A stretch of 64,000 nt of DNA from the human T2T-CHM13v2.0 reference genome, Homo sapiens. The translations under genes were made by a program, and so were the position numbers. The stretch lies in the NCBI RefSeq assembly GCF_009914755.1, contig NC_060929.1. One strand, written 5' to 3'. The notes beneath the pieces were generated by a model that worked only from the letters and a program-made list of their open reading frames with translations, did no database searches and was not told the DNA's origin. Of this stretch, positions 15,975-37,881 are shown piece after piece (position 1 is the stretch's first letter; each line of letters starts with the position of its first letter).

Positions 15975-16650
15975 CTGCAGCCAGAAGGAATGGAGATGTT
16001 ATACCAAGGTAGTTTAGGGATTAGAAAGATCTGGGTTCCAATCCTCAGCCTTTAAGGATTACTATCTGCCTTTCCTCTGAGCCTGTTGCTTCACTTGTAA
16101 AATGGGGCTAATACTGGCTCCCTGCCCCAAGACTGTAGTGAGGAGTAAATGAGATATGCATGCAAGTGGCTTAGGGCTGTGTCTGGAACACGGCAGGTGC
16201 AGTGGGAAGGGAGGGGGCTCTTAGAGGCAGCCCAACGTGAGTCCCTCCTGGAATCCTCCCTCCTCCTCCCTCTCTCCCAATGTCTTTCTGAAATAGCTGT
16301 TATATTCCTGGGCTTCAATGGTGGCCTAGGAAACCCTTGCTAAATCAGAAGTGAGCTCACCTCTGGCTTTTGTCTAAAGGCTGGGGCAAAGGCCATGTGT
16401 CAAGGTGACAGAGAACCACCTCCCCCCACCCACCCCCACAAAGTTCAGCGGCACAAGCATGAGTCCTGATTCTGTGTCAGCTACTGACTGGGAGTGAGAT
16501 CTCGGGTGAGTCTGCACCCCTCTCTGGAGTCTGAGCTGTGCCTTCAGCTAAGACAGCCAGTTTGGAGTTGGGGGCCCAGGACTCCACCATGGGAAACCTG
16601 GTGTGCTGGGAGGATGGCCAGACTTCACCTTGTGATCTGCAGGGACTGAC

Positions 16651-16787
16651 CTTAGTGTTGTTGTGTTGGAGGAAGACATCAAAGTTAACATCAACGCTGC
16701 TGGCTGAGCACACGATCTGGGCAGCCTCCCCTCGAATCCGCACCAGCTCTGCAGGCACCAGTGTCAAGGCTGGGGGCCCTGGGATGA
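16651..16787 (-). CDS. CSF1R: CSF1R exon 5
   Basis: 137 bp, AG/GT; [45 protein letters not shown]. Confidence 0.97.
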
Positions 16788-18558
16788 CTGAGACCGGGGG
16801 AGAGACCCCTGAACACCCAGGCTCCCTGAACATGATAGAGATATTGCTCTCCTCCCTGCCATGGGCCAGGACACACAGGCCAGGGTCCCCATCACTGCCC
16901 CATCCCAAATCCTGGGAGGCAGCCTTGATGCTCCCAGTCCCCCCACTGCAAGGCCTGTCCTAAAGAGACCTTGGAAAGTCTACTTTCTCCATCACCTCTA
17001 CCCCTCCCCAGTCCCGTCACCATTCTCCACTCTGGACTTCTGCACCAGCCTCCTCAGAGACCTCCCTGCCTCCCTCCAAGCCCCCTACACCTAGATTCTT
17101 CACCAAAGTGACCTCTTACAAATATAAATGGGACCATGCCTCTCTCCTCTGTAAACATTTGGGGCTTCCCATTACTCTCAGAAAAGAAGTCAAAGTCCTT
17201 CCACACCCCAACCTGTTTCTGACCGCCCTGATAACCCCACCCCTTGTTCACTGCACTGCAGCCCGCTGGACCTCTTTCCTACCACAGGGCCTTTGCACCC
17301 ACCTTTCCCTCCTGGAATGCCTTTCCTCCCACACTTCAAATGGGAGGCTGTTCTCATCCTTCAGATCTTTAGCTCAAAAATTCCTCAGCAAGGCCTCTGT
17401 GACCAGCTGATATGAATTAGCCTCCCCAGCACCTCCATGCCCGCCACTCCCCAGCTTGGTTTCTTGCTCATCACATTTGTATTTACTTTCTATTTAATAG
17501 TTAGACTCTAGTCGAATGTCAAATCCGTGACAGGAATATTCCAGCAGCCAGCAAGATGCCTGATGCACAGTAGGCCTTGAATTCATATTTATGCCCATTG
17601 CTGCTGTTGAAAGATAATCTAATCCAGATTCCTAAGGCCCAGGGACATGAAAGGACTCACCCAAGGTCCCTGAGGGGGGGTCAAGGCAGAACTAGGGCCC
17701 AGGACCTTTGGCTCTTGGCCAGCCCAGGGCTCTGCAGGATGAAATGCCAGGAAAGAGCCCTAATGGCCTCCTCTGCCCACACAGCTGGGGTCCTTTGACC
17801 CCCTAGGCAGGTTTAGTGGCTTCAGATCCCAGTGGCATTGGGCTAGCTGCTTCACTCTGACCCTGGCCCTTGTTACAGGGACTGATTGCTGTCTCAAGCC
17901 CAGGTCCTCAGGCTGGGGTCCTGCTTGCTCTCACCAGTCCTCCCAGAAACCAGAATCCTGCCTGCCATCCCAGCAGGGTGAGACTCCACCTCCACTGTTA
18001 CCTGGCCACCGCGAGAGCCATCACACGCACCCACCATCTCCTCCCTGCCTCTTGGCTCAGCATCCCTCCTACACATGCCCAGCACTTGGCCTTAGGCAGG
18101 CCCCCAGTGGGAAATCCATGTCTGAGGCTGAGCTTCCGTCCTCTTTCCATACCTAGAACATTCAGAGCCTGTCCCCACCTCACCACTTGGTACTCACTGT
18201 CCCCCTGCTGAAGCAGATCTTTGCACAGCCACCTTCTTCATGTCATTCAGATTTCCGCTCTAATAAAGTGTTTCCTTCTCAGTGAGGCTCCCCGCCCTAC
18301 ACACTCCTTATTCAGCTACCATGTTGAATGTTTATTTTTGTAGCATGTCCAATGACCTGAGATGACCTTGCCCACTGAGTTATTTGCTCACATGTGGTTT
18401 GTCTCCCTGCCCCGACACCTTGTCAGTCCTGCCCCATAGATGATCGTGGAACCATTGAGGGGAAGAAGTGAAAGAAAGAGGACATCCCACTGCCCCCCAT
18501 CACACCCAGTCCCCAGTCACCACCCATGTGGCCGCCGGCTCTCTGTCCCCACTCTTCA

Positions 18559-18957
<399 letters not shown>

Positions 18958-19126
18958 TCAGAGAGGCTGATCATTCATCTGAGGTCACACCACGCCAGGA
19001 CAGTTCAGCGGATGCTTCAGCGTGGTGGCTCCAGAGTCAGGCGCACCTGGGCTCCAGTCTAGTCCCACTATGTGAGGCTGTGTGACCTTGGATAACCTCC
19101 CTGCACTTCTAGAAAATGCATCATCA

Positions 19127-19669
<543 letters not shown>

Positions 19670-20309
19670 TCAAGGGACCACCTTGAACGAGCCCCTGCCC
19701 CCTGGTCATTTGCTCAGCTCCTAACCCTCAACCTGCTCAGGGACAGACTGATGTCTCTGATGTCCAGGAGGTCCCTCCTCTGAGAAAGGGGGCTTGCAGC
19801 TTGCTCAGCCTCTCACCCAGGCCTCTGTCCCCCTGGGGTCCTCAGCCTCCTGCCTCAGTCTTCCCTGCTGTGATGCCATCTTTCTACTCCCCAGGAATGG
19901 ACTCTTTTAACCCTGTGTACAAAGTGGATGTATTTCTACCACCGAATGAAGAAACAAATGAATGGAATGTTCACGGCCAAGTCCTCAGCTTAATTCATAT
20001 GGGAAAGAAAAAAAAAGAGATGTAGGATCTTAGCCCAGCAGAGTTAGAGAGGTCCCAAGAATCTCCTGGTGTGCCCGCTCCCACCAATGGACATCTGGTC
20101 TGCAGCACAGTGGGATGGGGAGGTGCCATGCCTCAGTTTCCCCACCTATAAAACAGGGACAATCATCGTACCCACTCATTGGTATGTTAGGCATTTTAAA
20201 TGCATGGGAAGACTTTAGAACATCACCTGTCACCAAATAAATGGCTCAGTAAGAGTTAGTCACTATGTTTATTACCTAGTCTACACCCAGCAGCTCACCC
20301 CGGCACCCC

Positions 20310-20640
20310 CACACATCTGTGTTTACTGGGAAGCCAATCTCTTTTAAGGAAAATTTTCTTGAAGGAGAAAAGAGAACTTGAAACCCCTATCAGGCTGTCC
20401 GGGAAGAAGGCCCGTTGCCTCTGCAGCGTCAGCATTTTTCCAGGGCCTAAAATAGGGGCAAAGGAGGGAAGTGAGAGCTGATTCAAGCCTCCGAGGGGCT
20501 GCCAGGCGCCCCCCAGCCTGTGTGGGCGGAAACACATTGTTGGCGTCAGGCTCAGCCCCCGGTTTCCGCTCAGCCTGTGGCCCTTCTACAGGGATGTTCT
20601 CACTTCTGCTTCCCCAGCCTCCTAGCCACTCTCCTCTCTC
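20310..20640. promoter_or_regulatory. FIRE (fms-intronic regulatory element) macrophage enhancer
   Basis: CpG-enriched, repeat-free segment of intron 2; PU.1 GGAAGTG 20467-20473, AP-1-like TGATTCA 20479-20485, TGTGGGCGGAAAC composite 20521-20533; strongly resembles recalled mouse FIRE; edges approximate. Confidence 0.85.
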
Positions 20641-21887
20641 CAGGCAGGGAGAGGGAGTGCCACTTGCGGGGCAGCTGTGAGGCTGGGCTCTGACGCTGAC
20701 CCACTGGCTGACCCTGGCCATCCAACTCCTCAGCTCTGGCCCTTCCTCTTCCCAGTGATGGGGGCACAATGACAGGCCAGCCCCGAGGGCTTTCGGTGAA
20801 TTCAGGGTATCTCCATTGTTCTCTGCAAACCCCCTTGAAATGGAAATTCCCCCTGCCCCACCATAGAGCCCAGAATTGGAAAGGTTTCCTCTCTCAAGTC
20901 CTTTCAGGATGGCTTAATTCACGTTTTGATTTTGTATTCATCAGAATGTGCATCCCTTCTCCCCAAGACTCTGATCAGCAAACGGGATTGAGTGAATTGT
21001 GAATACTGCCAAGCCTGCCACCTGGGGTTGTAGCCCTCCTATGCAGTGCAACTGCCAGGAAGAGGGACAAGTGTCATTTCTAGCAGCCTTTTTAGCAAAT
21101 CTCAACAGAGCTGGGGCTGCCCTATCACTGCTGCAGCAATCTAGGGCCCCCAGGCCGGGGTTTTATAGCAGGAAACAGCTTGGAGTGTGGGCTCACACCA
21201 ACTTGGGTTTGGATCTTGGTTCTTCCCTTACCAGCTGGGTTAGTTTCTTAACCTCTTTGAGCCTCAGGCTATTCTTCTGTCTGATGGGAATAATCCCAGC
21301 TCCCACCCCAAAAACTTCAGCTGAAGGTTGAGTGAGATGATGTATAGAACTACTCCTGCCCTGGGCACCTGCTTTAATTGCTACATTTCTAATGTCCCTT
21401 CTGGGCCAACTCTGATCGCTCAAGATTTTAACCTTGGATTCTGTGATTCCATTTGTTCCTTTTTTACACCTGCCTCACACCTTACAGTGGGCTTCTCCCA
21501 TCCCTTCCCCCAGCCTGTCTCTCTAGACCCTGCCTTGGCCTCCAGGAAATGTGGTCAGGGAGCGGTGTCTGCCCTATTTTGTCCTATCCTATTGTCCCAG
21601 GTATTCACGCAGGATAAGGCTGATACCCGCAACTTCCGCAGCCAACTTCCCCTGCTGGCTTGGCTAGCAGGGAAGGAAGCCGGCTTGGCCCCCATCCTCC
21701 TCGGGGTGGGGGCATGGGCTTATGAACATTAACTGAGGTCCCCTTCTGTGCCTGTCCATTCTTCCCCCCTCTCATCTCCACTCCCCAATTCTCCCCATGC
21801 CCCACACCTCTCCACTAGCTCCCACTTGCCTGGAAGCCCCTCCCTCATCACTTCCAGAATGTGCCCCAATCTCTACTCTTCTCTCCC

Positions 21888-21888
<1 letters not shown>

Positions 21889-21938
<50 letters not shown>
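21889..21938 (+). repeat. (AC)25 microsatellite
   Basis: Direct count. Confidence 0.95.
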
Positions 21939-21944
<6 letters not shown>

Positions 21945-22590
21945 CTAAGGCTGGACACAGCCCCTCTTCAGCCCAGGATCTCATCGCAGTAATGAAGAGA
22001 GAGCCCCCCTCTCTCTCTAGGGTCCTCCAATACCATCCCCAGTCTCCTCACAGTGGCCCCTCATCCACTCATCATTGGTCTGTTGGGCTGAAAACTTAGG
22101 TTTCCAGCCTCCCCATCTCTTCTTTCTCTTGGGACTGGACCCTGGAAAACCATCTGGCCCCCCTCCCACACACCATGCCCCTGTGAAGGGAAAATAAAAA
22201 CTTGGGACCCTAATTCACTCTGCCAAAAGGAAAAATCAAGCTGGAAACTGAGTCATGCAAGAAGCTGCCTTGCCTTTTATTCCTAAGCAGATAGCGACAG
22301 ATAAAAGGTAAAATATCCCACAGGCAGCTCCTCTATGTTCACTTTCCCTATGTAAAGAGCCAATTTACTGAACCGAGATAATTGACTGTTCCCCTACCTG
22401 CTGCTTTTCTTTTGCAACATGTGGATTACCACAACCTCCCCTTTTCCCCTCCAGCCCACTTTCCCCTTTAAATATTAAAGCCCTCGAATTCATCCAGAAT
22501 GGCACAGACCACAGAATGTTTTTGTGACTCCATGTTTTTTTCTCGCCAGCATGTCCTTAACCTTGGCAAAATAAACTTCTAAATTGATTG

Positions 22591-23308
<718 letters not shown>

Positions 23309-23501
23309 ACAAGACTCCATCTCAATAAAAAAAATAAAATTAAATTGAGACCTGGCTCAGATACTTTTCCGTTTTTGCCCCACAGGCAGGTTGTGGGTGT
23401 AAGGATAGGACAAGGCAGTGAAATCAAACCTGTGGGACTCTCTGAGATGAAGGGGGTGGCGGGTACACTGTGTGTGCATTTGTCAGACCTCATTGAACTT
23501 A

Positions 23502-24011
<510 letters not shown>

Positions 24012-24439
24012 TCAATCCCCATCCTCCCCCAAGGTCCCTTTGAATAAGCAGGCAATAGAAATGTGTTTGTTGGGCCAACAAGCCAAGCACAGCAGCCCCT
24101 CACCTCTAGTCATGTTCCCTCCCAGATGGAAATTCTGCAGAACTGCTACAGCCTGGGGACCTCCTGAGACTTGGCAGCCTGTGTCTGGGAGGGCTCTGGT
24201 CCAGGAGACCCTCACTGGCCTCTTCCCAATCCCTCCTCTAGCCCTATACCTATTTCACCCCAAATTCCCCTCTCCTGAGCCCTGGGCCAGAGAGGCCAAC
24301 CTCTTGTCTCTCCCCTCTGACCCCTTACACAAGCCACCCAAGGAAGAACCACCACCCCTATCAGGCCCTTCCAAATCAGATCTTGCATAGAATCATCGAA
24401 TCACAGGCTGGCAGAGCTGCCAGAGCCATCAGGAGCTCT

Positions 24440-24615
24440 CCAGGTCCTCCCAACTCAGTGTAGGTCTGGACCAGCAGTGCCGGCATCTCACATCTCCCAG
24501 GAGTGTGTTGGATATACAGAATCTCAGGTCGCACCTGAGACCGACTGAGTCTGAATCTGCATTGTAACAAAATCCTCAGGTAACTTGTATGCACAGGAAA
24601 GTATGAAAAGCACTG
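24440..24615. mobile_element. MER5A-like hAT DNA transposon fossil
   Basis: ggaccagcag...cagaatctcagg...gaatctgcatt...aacaa...aaaagcactg pattern. Confidence 0.65.
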
Positions 24616-24954
24616 CTCTGGTCTAGTCTATCACTGTCCCCCTGCCCCCAACACCTGCAATTGAATAGAAGTGGACACTGAAGCCTCAAGAGTATCAGAG
24701 GCTTGCTCAGGACACACAGTGAGTCGCTGGCAGAGCTGGGACAGATCCACAGCACCAGGTGGACCAGTTCCACCACACCCATCTCTTTTCACCCCACTAC
24801 CTCTCCAAAGCAGATACCCACAAGCCTGCAGTCCAGTGTTGGGGAGACTAAAACAGCCTGAGGACACCCAGTGAGGGGCAAGGACTGAATCCTTTCACAG
24901 GGGTCTTCTCCATCACACCCCAACAAAGTCCCCCACCCCCCGTTCTGCTCTTAC

Positions 24955-25003
24955 CATGCCAAGCTGTGGCCACCAGCAGGAGCAGCAGAACTCCTGGGCC
25001 CAT
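24955..25003 (-). CDS. CSF1R: CSF1R exon 2 coding part (start codon, signal peptide MGPGVLLLLLVATAWHG)
   Basis: GCCATGG Kozak context at 25003, GTAAG donor at 24954, 49 coding bp joining exon 3 in frame. Confidence 0.98.
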
Positions 25004-25109
25004 GGCCTCGGTGGGGAAGTGGCAGGCAGGTGCAGGGCTGCAAGGTGCCCAGGGCACAGAGCTCTCAGCTACTAGCTCCGCAGGGATCGGGACACTGGAC
25101 ACACGTTCC

Positions 25110-25270
25110 TCTCCTCTGCACTGGCTGTTTGTCTTGTTTTCCTCTTCCTCCTCCTTGGGCTGATCCTCTTCTTCCCCTTTTAGCTAGGCAAGGCAACCAC
25201 AGAGTTTGGAAATCTTGGGTCTTTAAGAAGAAAACAAAGCCTTGAACCCAAGAGGGAGGGGTCGCAGTCT
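25110..25270 (-). promoter_or_regulatory. CSF1R: CSF1R TATA-less myeloid promoter; also the splice acceptor (exon start 25183) for upstream-initiated transcripts
   Basis: Minus-strand C/EBP ATTTCCAAA (25205-25213), RUNX1 TGTGGTT (25195-25201), PU.1 AAAAGGGGAAG (25171-25181), further GAGGAA repeats; TAG acceptor 25186-25184. Confidence 0.88.
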
Positions 25271-25461
25271 GGGGCAGGGCCAGCCTGAGCTTGGGGGGAG
25301 CTAGCTAAGTTTGGGGCCCTTCTAAAGCCATCTTCAAGGGGTCTTGGGAGAAGAGACATGTCCAAGAGCAGCCAGACCGTTAGTCAGTAGCACAAATGAG
25401 GGTCTTCAGAGTGATCAGGTGGCTCTGGCAGATCCCAAAGAGAAGTTAGGTTGCATGATAT

Positions 25462-25868
25462 TGTGACATATATATTTTTTCTTTACCCTGATGTCCTGGC
25501 TTACAACTCCTAAAATCCTTGGAATCTCCAAAGTAATGCATATCTTTTAAAAATTTATTATTATTATTTTAGAGACGCAGTTTCACTCTGTTGCCCAGGC
25601 TGGAGCTCTGTGGCTCGATCATAGCTCACTGCAGCCTCAAACTCCTGGCTCAAGCCTTCAAGCTGTGAGATCTGACGTTATCTCTAGGTAAATATAGTGT
25701 TCAAATTGAATCGGAGGGCACCAGATTCGTGTCTGCTGCAGAATCTGAACAATTGGTTGATTGCTTGGTGTATGGGGAAATATGCCCCATCCTCTACATC
25801 TGGGGTCAGAAGTATTTTGTGTTGTGAGACTATAGGAGAAACGGAGTTTGTTTTCTTCCTGTATACAG
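25462..25868 (+). mobile_element. MER21-like LTR with internal partial Alu
   Basis: tgtga...aactcctaaaatccttggaatctcc...ggtcagaagtattttgtgttg...tataca. Confidence 0.6.
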
Positions 25869-26304
25869 GTTGGTCTGGGAGAGCCTGATAATATTGGCAA
25901 TAAGCTTCCTTTTACAGGACATTTACTAGCCAAACCTTTTACATTCACTGTCTCCTTTAGTACTGCAAAACTTTATGTAGGTAAGTACTATTGTCATTCT
26001 CATTTCACAGATGGGAAAACTAAAGCTCAGAGAGATCAAATGCCTTAAGCTTGTCCATAGTCAAACAGCTACCAAATGGTGGAGATAGGATTTGGATCCC
26101 AGCAGTCTGGTTATAAAACTATCTTTTGTGCGTTACTTACATTGTTTATTTATTTTTACAAAGAATCTAATTGTTCTGCATAATTCTTAAAATATATAGC
26201 ATTCCTTTGCTCCCTCTTTTCCTGGAGGCAATTGCTTTTACCTCTTTTAGTTGATTCGCTTAGTATTTTACTTCTTATCTCTAAAGAACATGGTCATTTC
26301 TTCT

Positions 26305-26611
26305 TCTTTTTTTCTTTTTTTTTTTCTGAGACAGGGTTTGGTTCTGTCACCCAGGCTGGAGTGCAGTAGTGTGATCTCGGCTCACTGCAACCTCCACCTC
26401 CCGGACTCAAGCCATCCTCCTACCTCATCCTCCTGAGTAGTTGGGACTACAGGGGCATGTGCCACCATTCCTAGCAAATTTCTGTATTTTTGGTAGACAT
26501 GGGGTTTCACCATGTTGTCCAGGCTGGTCTCAAACCCCTGAGCTCAAGTGATTCGCATACCTTGGCTTCCCAAAGTACTGGGATTATAGGTATGAGCCAC
26601 TATACCCAGCC
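26305..26611 (-). mobile_element. Alu (AluJ-like)
   Basis: T-tract plus antisense dimer. Confidence 0.88.
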
Positions 26612-26789
26612 TAAAGTTCCTTCTTGAAATTGAAAAATCCTGATATAACATTGATCCAGGAAAATGATCATTCCCGTGTACTCAGGTGTGTGTGTGGTGT
26701 GTATGTGTGTGTTTGTATGTATATTTATGAGTGTATATATGTACTTTCTTTTTCAGAAAAGTGTTTTGAACCTTTAGCAATCATGAATG

Positions 26790-30355
<3,566 letters not shown>

Positions 30356-30604
30356 AAAGAGAAGGGATAAAGATTATCTTTGACAAACAAAAACTAAGAG
30401 AATTCATTGCCAGCAGACCCATACTACCAAAAAAAAAAAAAAAAAAAAAAAAATCCTAAGGGAAGTTCTTTAGGTAAAAGGAGTATGATACCAGCTAGAA
30501 AGTTGGATATACATTAAAAAATAAAAAGTGCTGGAAATGGAATAAAGGTAAGCATAAAAAATATGATTGCTTTTTAAATGCTTGAAAAGATAACTATTTA
30601 AAAC

Positions 30605-30830
30605 AGACATTGAAAAATTTTTTTCCTGTCAAGGACCAAATAGTAAGTATTTTAGGTTTTGTGGCCATACGGTCTTTGGGGCAACTGCTTAATTCTGCCA
30701 TTGCAGTGCAAAAGCAGCCATAGCCAATACATAAACTATTGAGCACGCTATGTTCCAATCATACCTTATTTACAAAAACAGGAGGCAGGCTACATTTGGT
30801 CCACAGGCTATAGTTTGCCAATCTCTGATT
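30605..30830. mobile_element. MER58A-like hAT fossil
   Basis: aaggaccaaatagtaagtattttaggttttgtggccatacggtct...atagtttgcca. Confidence 0.7.
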
Positions 30831-30924
30831 TAAAGCAAAAGTAGTAGCAATGCATTGTATATTTATAGCAGATTAAAAGTGAAACATATTGTTGTCATAC
30901 ATTTCACTTTCACATATGCATTTA

Positions 30925-31964
<1,040 letters not shown>

Positions 31965-32351
31965 TAAAGTAACATTTTATCATTTAAAGGTAGACTTTGA
32001 TTAATTTACGATGTAAGTTGTAAAACCCAGGACACTCCCTAAAAATTTTTCTCTCTTTTTAATAACTTAAAAATTTTTGAAGAGGTATAAATTATAAGCC
32101 AATAGTGGAAATGAAATGGAGACATAATACATACTCAATCCAAAGGAAGACAAAGATGGAAAGAAAGAAGACCAGATAGAATGAATAGAAAACATCTAAC
32201 AAGATGGTAGAAGAGAGGATTTTGAATGTTCTCACCATAAGAAATCATAAATGTTTAAGGCAATAGACATGCTAATTACCCTGATGTGATCATTACACAA
32301 TATACACATGTATCAAAACATCATATTGTACTCCATAAACATGTACAATTA

Positions 32352-32669
<318 letters not shown>

Positions 32670-32815
32670 TCAATCAAAAATAAAATAAAACTTGAAGAAA
32701 CCTGGAGTAGCTGTATTAATATCAGACAAAATAGACTTCAGAACAAGAAATATTTCCAGGCATAATGAGGGACATTACATAGTGAAGACAGAATCAATTT
32801 TACAAGAAGACATAA

Positions 32816-33709
<894 letters not shown>

Positions 33710-34665
33710 GAACAGAGCTTCAAACTACATGAAACAAAACTGATAGACCCGAAAGGAGAGATATAAAAATCTCTTGTAACACCCTTCTCCCAGTTGTAGG
33801 TGGTACAAGTAGAGAGCAAATCAGCAAGGTTATAGAAAACCTGAATAAAATCGTAAATGATTGACCTAATTGATTTTTATCCACCTAACAATTGCAGAAT
33901 ACACATTCATCTCAAGGGCATATAGAACATTCACCAAGATATACCATATTCTATCACTTAAGATACATCTTTAAAAGTTTAAATAAGTTATGCAAAGTAT
34001 TTCTTGCATCACAACAGAATCAAACTTGAAATTATTAACAAAAAGGTATCTGGGAAATTGAAAATATTTGGAAATTAAACACACTTATAAACAACCCAAG
34101 AGTCAAAGAAGAAGTCACATGAAAAATTAGAAAATATTTTGAATTGGATAAGAAAACAATGGTCTAAGGCTACCACCTTAAGAAACTAGAAAAAGAAGAA
34201 CAAATTAAATCCAAATTGACCGTAGGAAGGAAATAAAGACACGAGCAGAAATCAATAAAATCCAGAACAAAAGAGTTAGGGAAAATTAATAAAACCAAAA
34301 GCTTTTTCACTGGAAAAAAAAGTAATAACATTTACCGAGAAAAAAAAAAAAAACAAGAAAAACACAAATTGCAAATATCAAGAATGGAAAGTGGACATCA
34401 ATACCAACCCTACCAACACTAAAAGAATAATAAGGGAATACTATGAACTACTCTATGCCAACAAATTCACTAAGTTGCATAAAATGGACAAATTATTTGA
34501 AAGGTACAAACTGCTAAAATTCTCTTAAGAAGAAATAGATAACATGAACAGTCCTGTATCTATTTTTAAAAACTAAACTTGTAGTTAAAAACCTTCTAAC
34601 CAAAAACAAACAAAAAAACTCTTCAGGTTCAAGTGGTTTTACTGGCAAATTCTACCAAACAATTA

Positions 34666-35012
<347 letters not shown>

Positions 35013-35555
35013 TTAAGAATATAGCATAGGAGAGATGACTTTTTAATTCATTGTATGATACCAGCAGTATCCCAATATCATGACCACACAAAGATATTGC
35101 AAGAAAATAAAATTATAGACCAATATCCCTTATGAAAATAGATGCAAAAATTCTGAAGAAAATCTTAGCAAATCAAATTTAAGTATATATAAAAAGGATA
35201 ATGCATCATGTCCAAGTGGTATTTATTATAAGAGTTAAAGGTTGAAACGTTCAACACTCAAAAATCAAGCACTATAATTTACCATATCAAGATTTTAAAA
35301 ATCACATAGGCTTCTTAATAGCTGCAGAATAATGCTTTGACAAAATTCAATGTTCATTTCTAAAGGAAATTTCTTCAATATGGTAAAGGGCATCTGTAAA
35401 AACCCTACCACTAACATTAAACTTAGTGGTGAAAGATTGTATATTTTCCCTCTAAGATGAGAAACAAGGCAAGGATGTCTGTTCAACATTATACTGAACT
35501 ATTCAACAGTGTACTGGAGATCCTAGACACTGTAGTAAGGCAAAAAAAGAAATAG

Positions 35556-36040
35556 ACCAGGTGTGGTGACTCACAATGTAAGCTCAGCACTTTGGGGGGC
35601 CAACGTAGGAGGATCACCTGAGTCCAGGAGTTTGAGACCAGCCTGGGCAACATAGGCAGACCCTGTCTCTACAAAAAAATTTAAAAAGAACCTAGCATGG
35701 TGATGCACACCTATAGTCCTAGCTACTTGGAAGGCTGATCACTTGAGCTCAGGATGTCTAGCCTACAATGAGCAGGGACTATGCCACTGCACTCTAGCCT
35801 GGGTGACAAAGTGACACTCAGTCTCAAAAAAAGAAAGGGAAAGAAGGAAGGAAGGAAGGAAGGAGAAGGAGAAGGGAAGGGAAAGGGAAAGGGGAAGGGG
35901 AAGGGGAAGGAGAAGGGAGGAAGGGAGGTAGGGAAGGAGGAAGAGAGAGAAAGAGAAGGAAAGAAGGAAAAGAAAGGAAAGAAGAAGAAAGAAAGAAAAA
36001 AGAAAGAAAGAAAAGAAGAAGAAAGAAAAAAGAAAGAAAG
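35556..36040 (+). mobile_element. AluJ-like element with tail expanded into a 215-bp polypurine tract (35826-36040)
   Basis: Diverged Alu followed by an A/G-only tract with a single T at 35929. Confidence 0.85.
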
Positions 36041-36989
36041 TGAAAGAAAAAGAGTTCAAAAGAAGAAATATAATGGTCTCTGTTTGGAGATGAAATGATT
36101 GTCTTCATAGAAAATGCCAAAGAATCTACAAAAAAGTTACTAGAACTGTAAGTAAACTTAGCAAGATCACAGAATACAAGGTCAATATCAAAAATCAGAT
36201 TAAAAGTGAAATTTATTTTTTACAAATACTATTTACAATAGCACTGAAAAAAACATGAAACACTTAGGTATAAATCTTACTAAATATGTGCAAGATCTGC
36301 ATACTGTGTACAAAACACTGAGAAAAGAAAATGAATGAGACCTAAATAAATGGTTAGATATACAATGTTTGTGGGTTTGAAGACTCAATATTTTTGAGCA
36401 TGCTGATTCTTCTCCAGGTTAACCTACAGATTCAACAAAGTGCCAATCAAAATCTCTGCAAGAAGTTTTGTGTAAATTGACAAGCTGATTCTAAAATTTA
36501 TATGGAAGCATAAAGGAATTAGATTAGCCAAAATAATTTAGGAAAAGAACAAAGTTGAAGCCCTCATACTACCTGGTTGACAGACTCTATAAAGCTATAA
36601 TATAGTACTGGTGAAAGGATAGACATGTACATCAATGGAACAGAATAGAGTCCAGAAATAGAACTGCACATATGTGGCCAATTGATTTTTGACAAAGTTG
36701 CAAAAGTAATTAAATGAATAAAGAATAGGCATTCCAAAAAGTGGTACTGGAACAACTGGCCATCCACATGCAAAAAGAAAAAAATAAAAATCAAACAAAC
36801 ATAGAAAACATTGATCTCTAACTTAAGCCTTATACAAAATTATCTCAAAATGGATCAAAGACCTAAATGCAAAACCATACAACTATTACAAGAAATAGAG
36901 AAAATCTTTGTGACCTTGAGGGTTATGGAAAGATTTCTTAAACACAACATTTAAAAAGATCCATATAATCCATAAAAGAAAAAAAAATA

Positions 36990-37088
36990 GGCTGTCTGAG
37001 TGCAGTGGTGTTTACAACAAATTGATCACAACCAGTTACAGGTTTCTTTGTTCCTTCTCCACTCCCACTGTTTCACTTGGCTTACCTT
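36990..37088 (+). pseudogene. Y RNA (hY3/RNY3) pseudogene
   Basis: ggctgtctgagtgcagtggtgtttacaac.aattgatcacaaccagttacag.tttctttgttccttctccactcccactg matches recalled hY3; short A tail follows. Confidence 0.92.
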
Positions 37089-37474
37089 AAAAAGTAAATC
37101 TATAAATTGGACTTCATCAACATTTAAAACTTCTACTCTTTTAAATAGATGGTTAAAAGACAAAATACAGACCAAGAGAGAATATTCAACATTGCATATC
37201 TTATAAAGGACTTATATCAAGAGTATATAAAGAACTTTCAATACTCAATATGAAAATAAATGATTCAGTAAAAACAAGGAAAACATTGAACAAATAATAT
37301 ATATAAATGATAAGATAATTTGCCATATAAAAGATGCTCAATATCAATATTTGTTAGGAAAATACAAACTAAAACCACAATGAAATACCACTACATACTT
37401 AATTAAATGGCTAAAACCAAAAATCAGAAAACCTGACAGTTTCAAGTGCTGATAAGGATGAGAATACAAACAAC

Positions 37475-37881
<407 letters not shown>

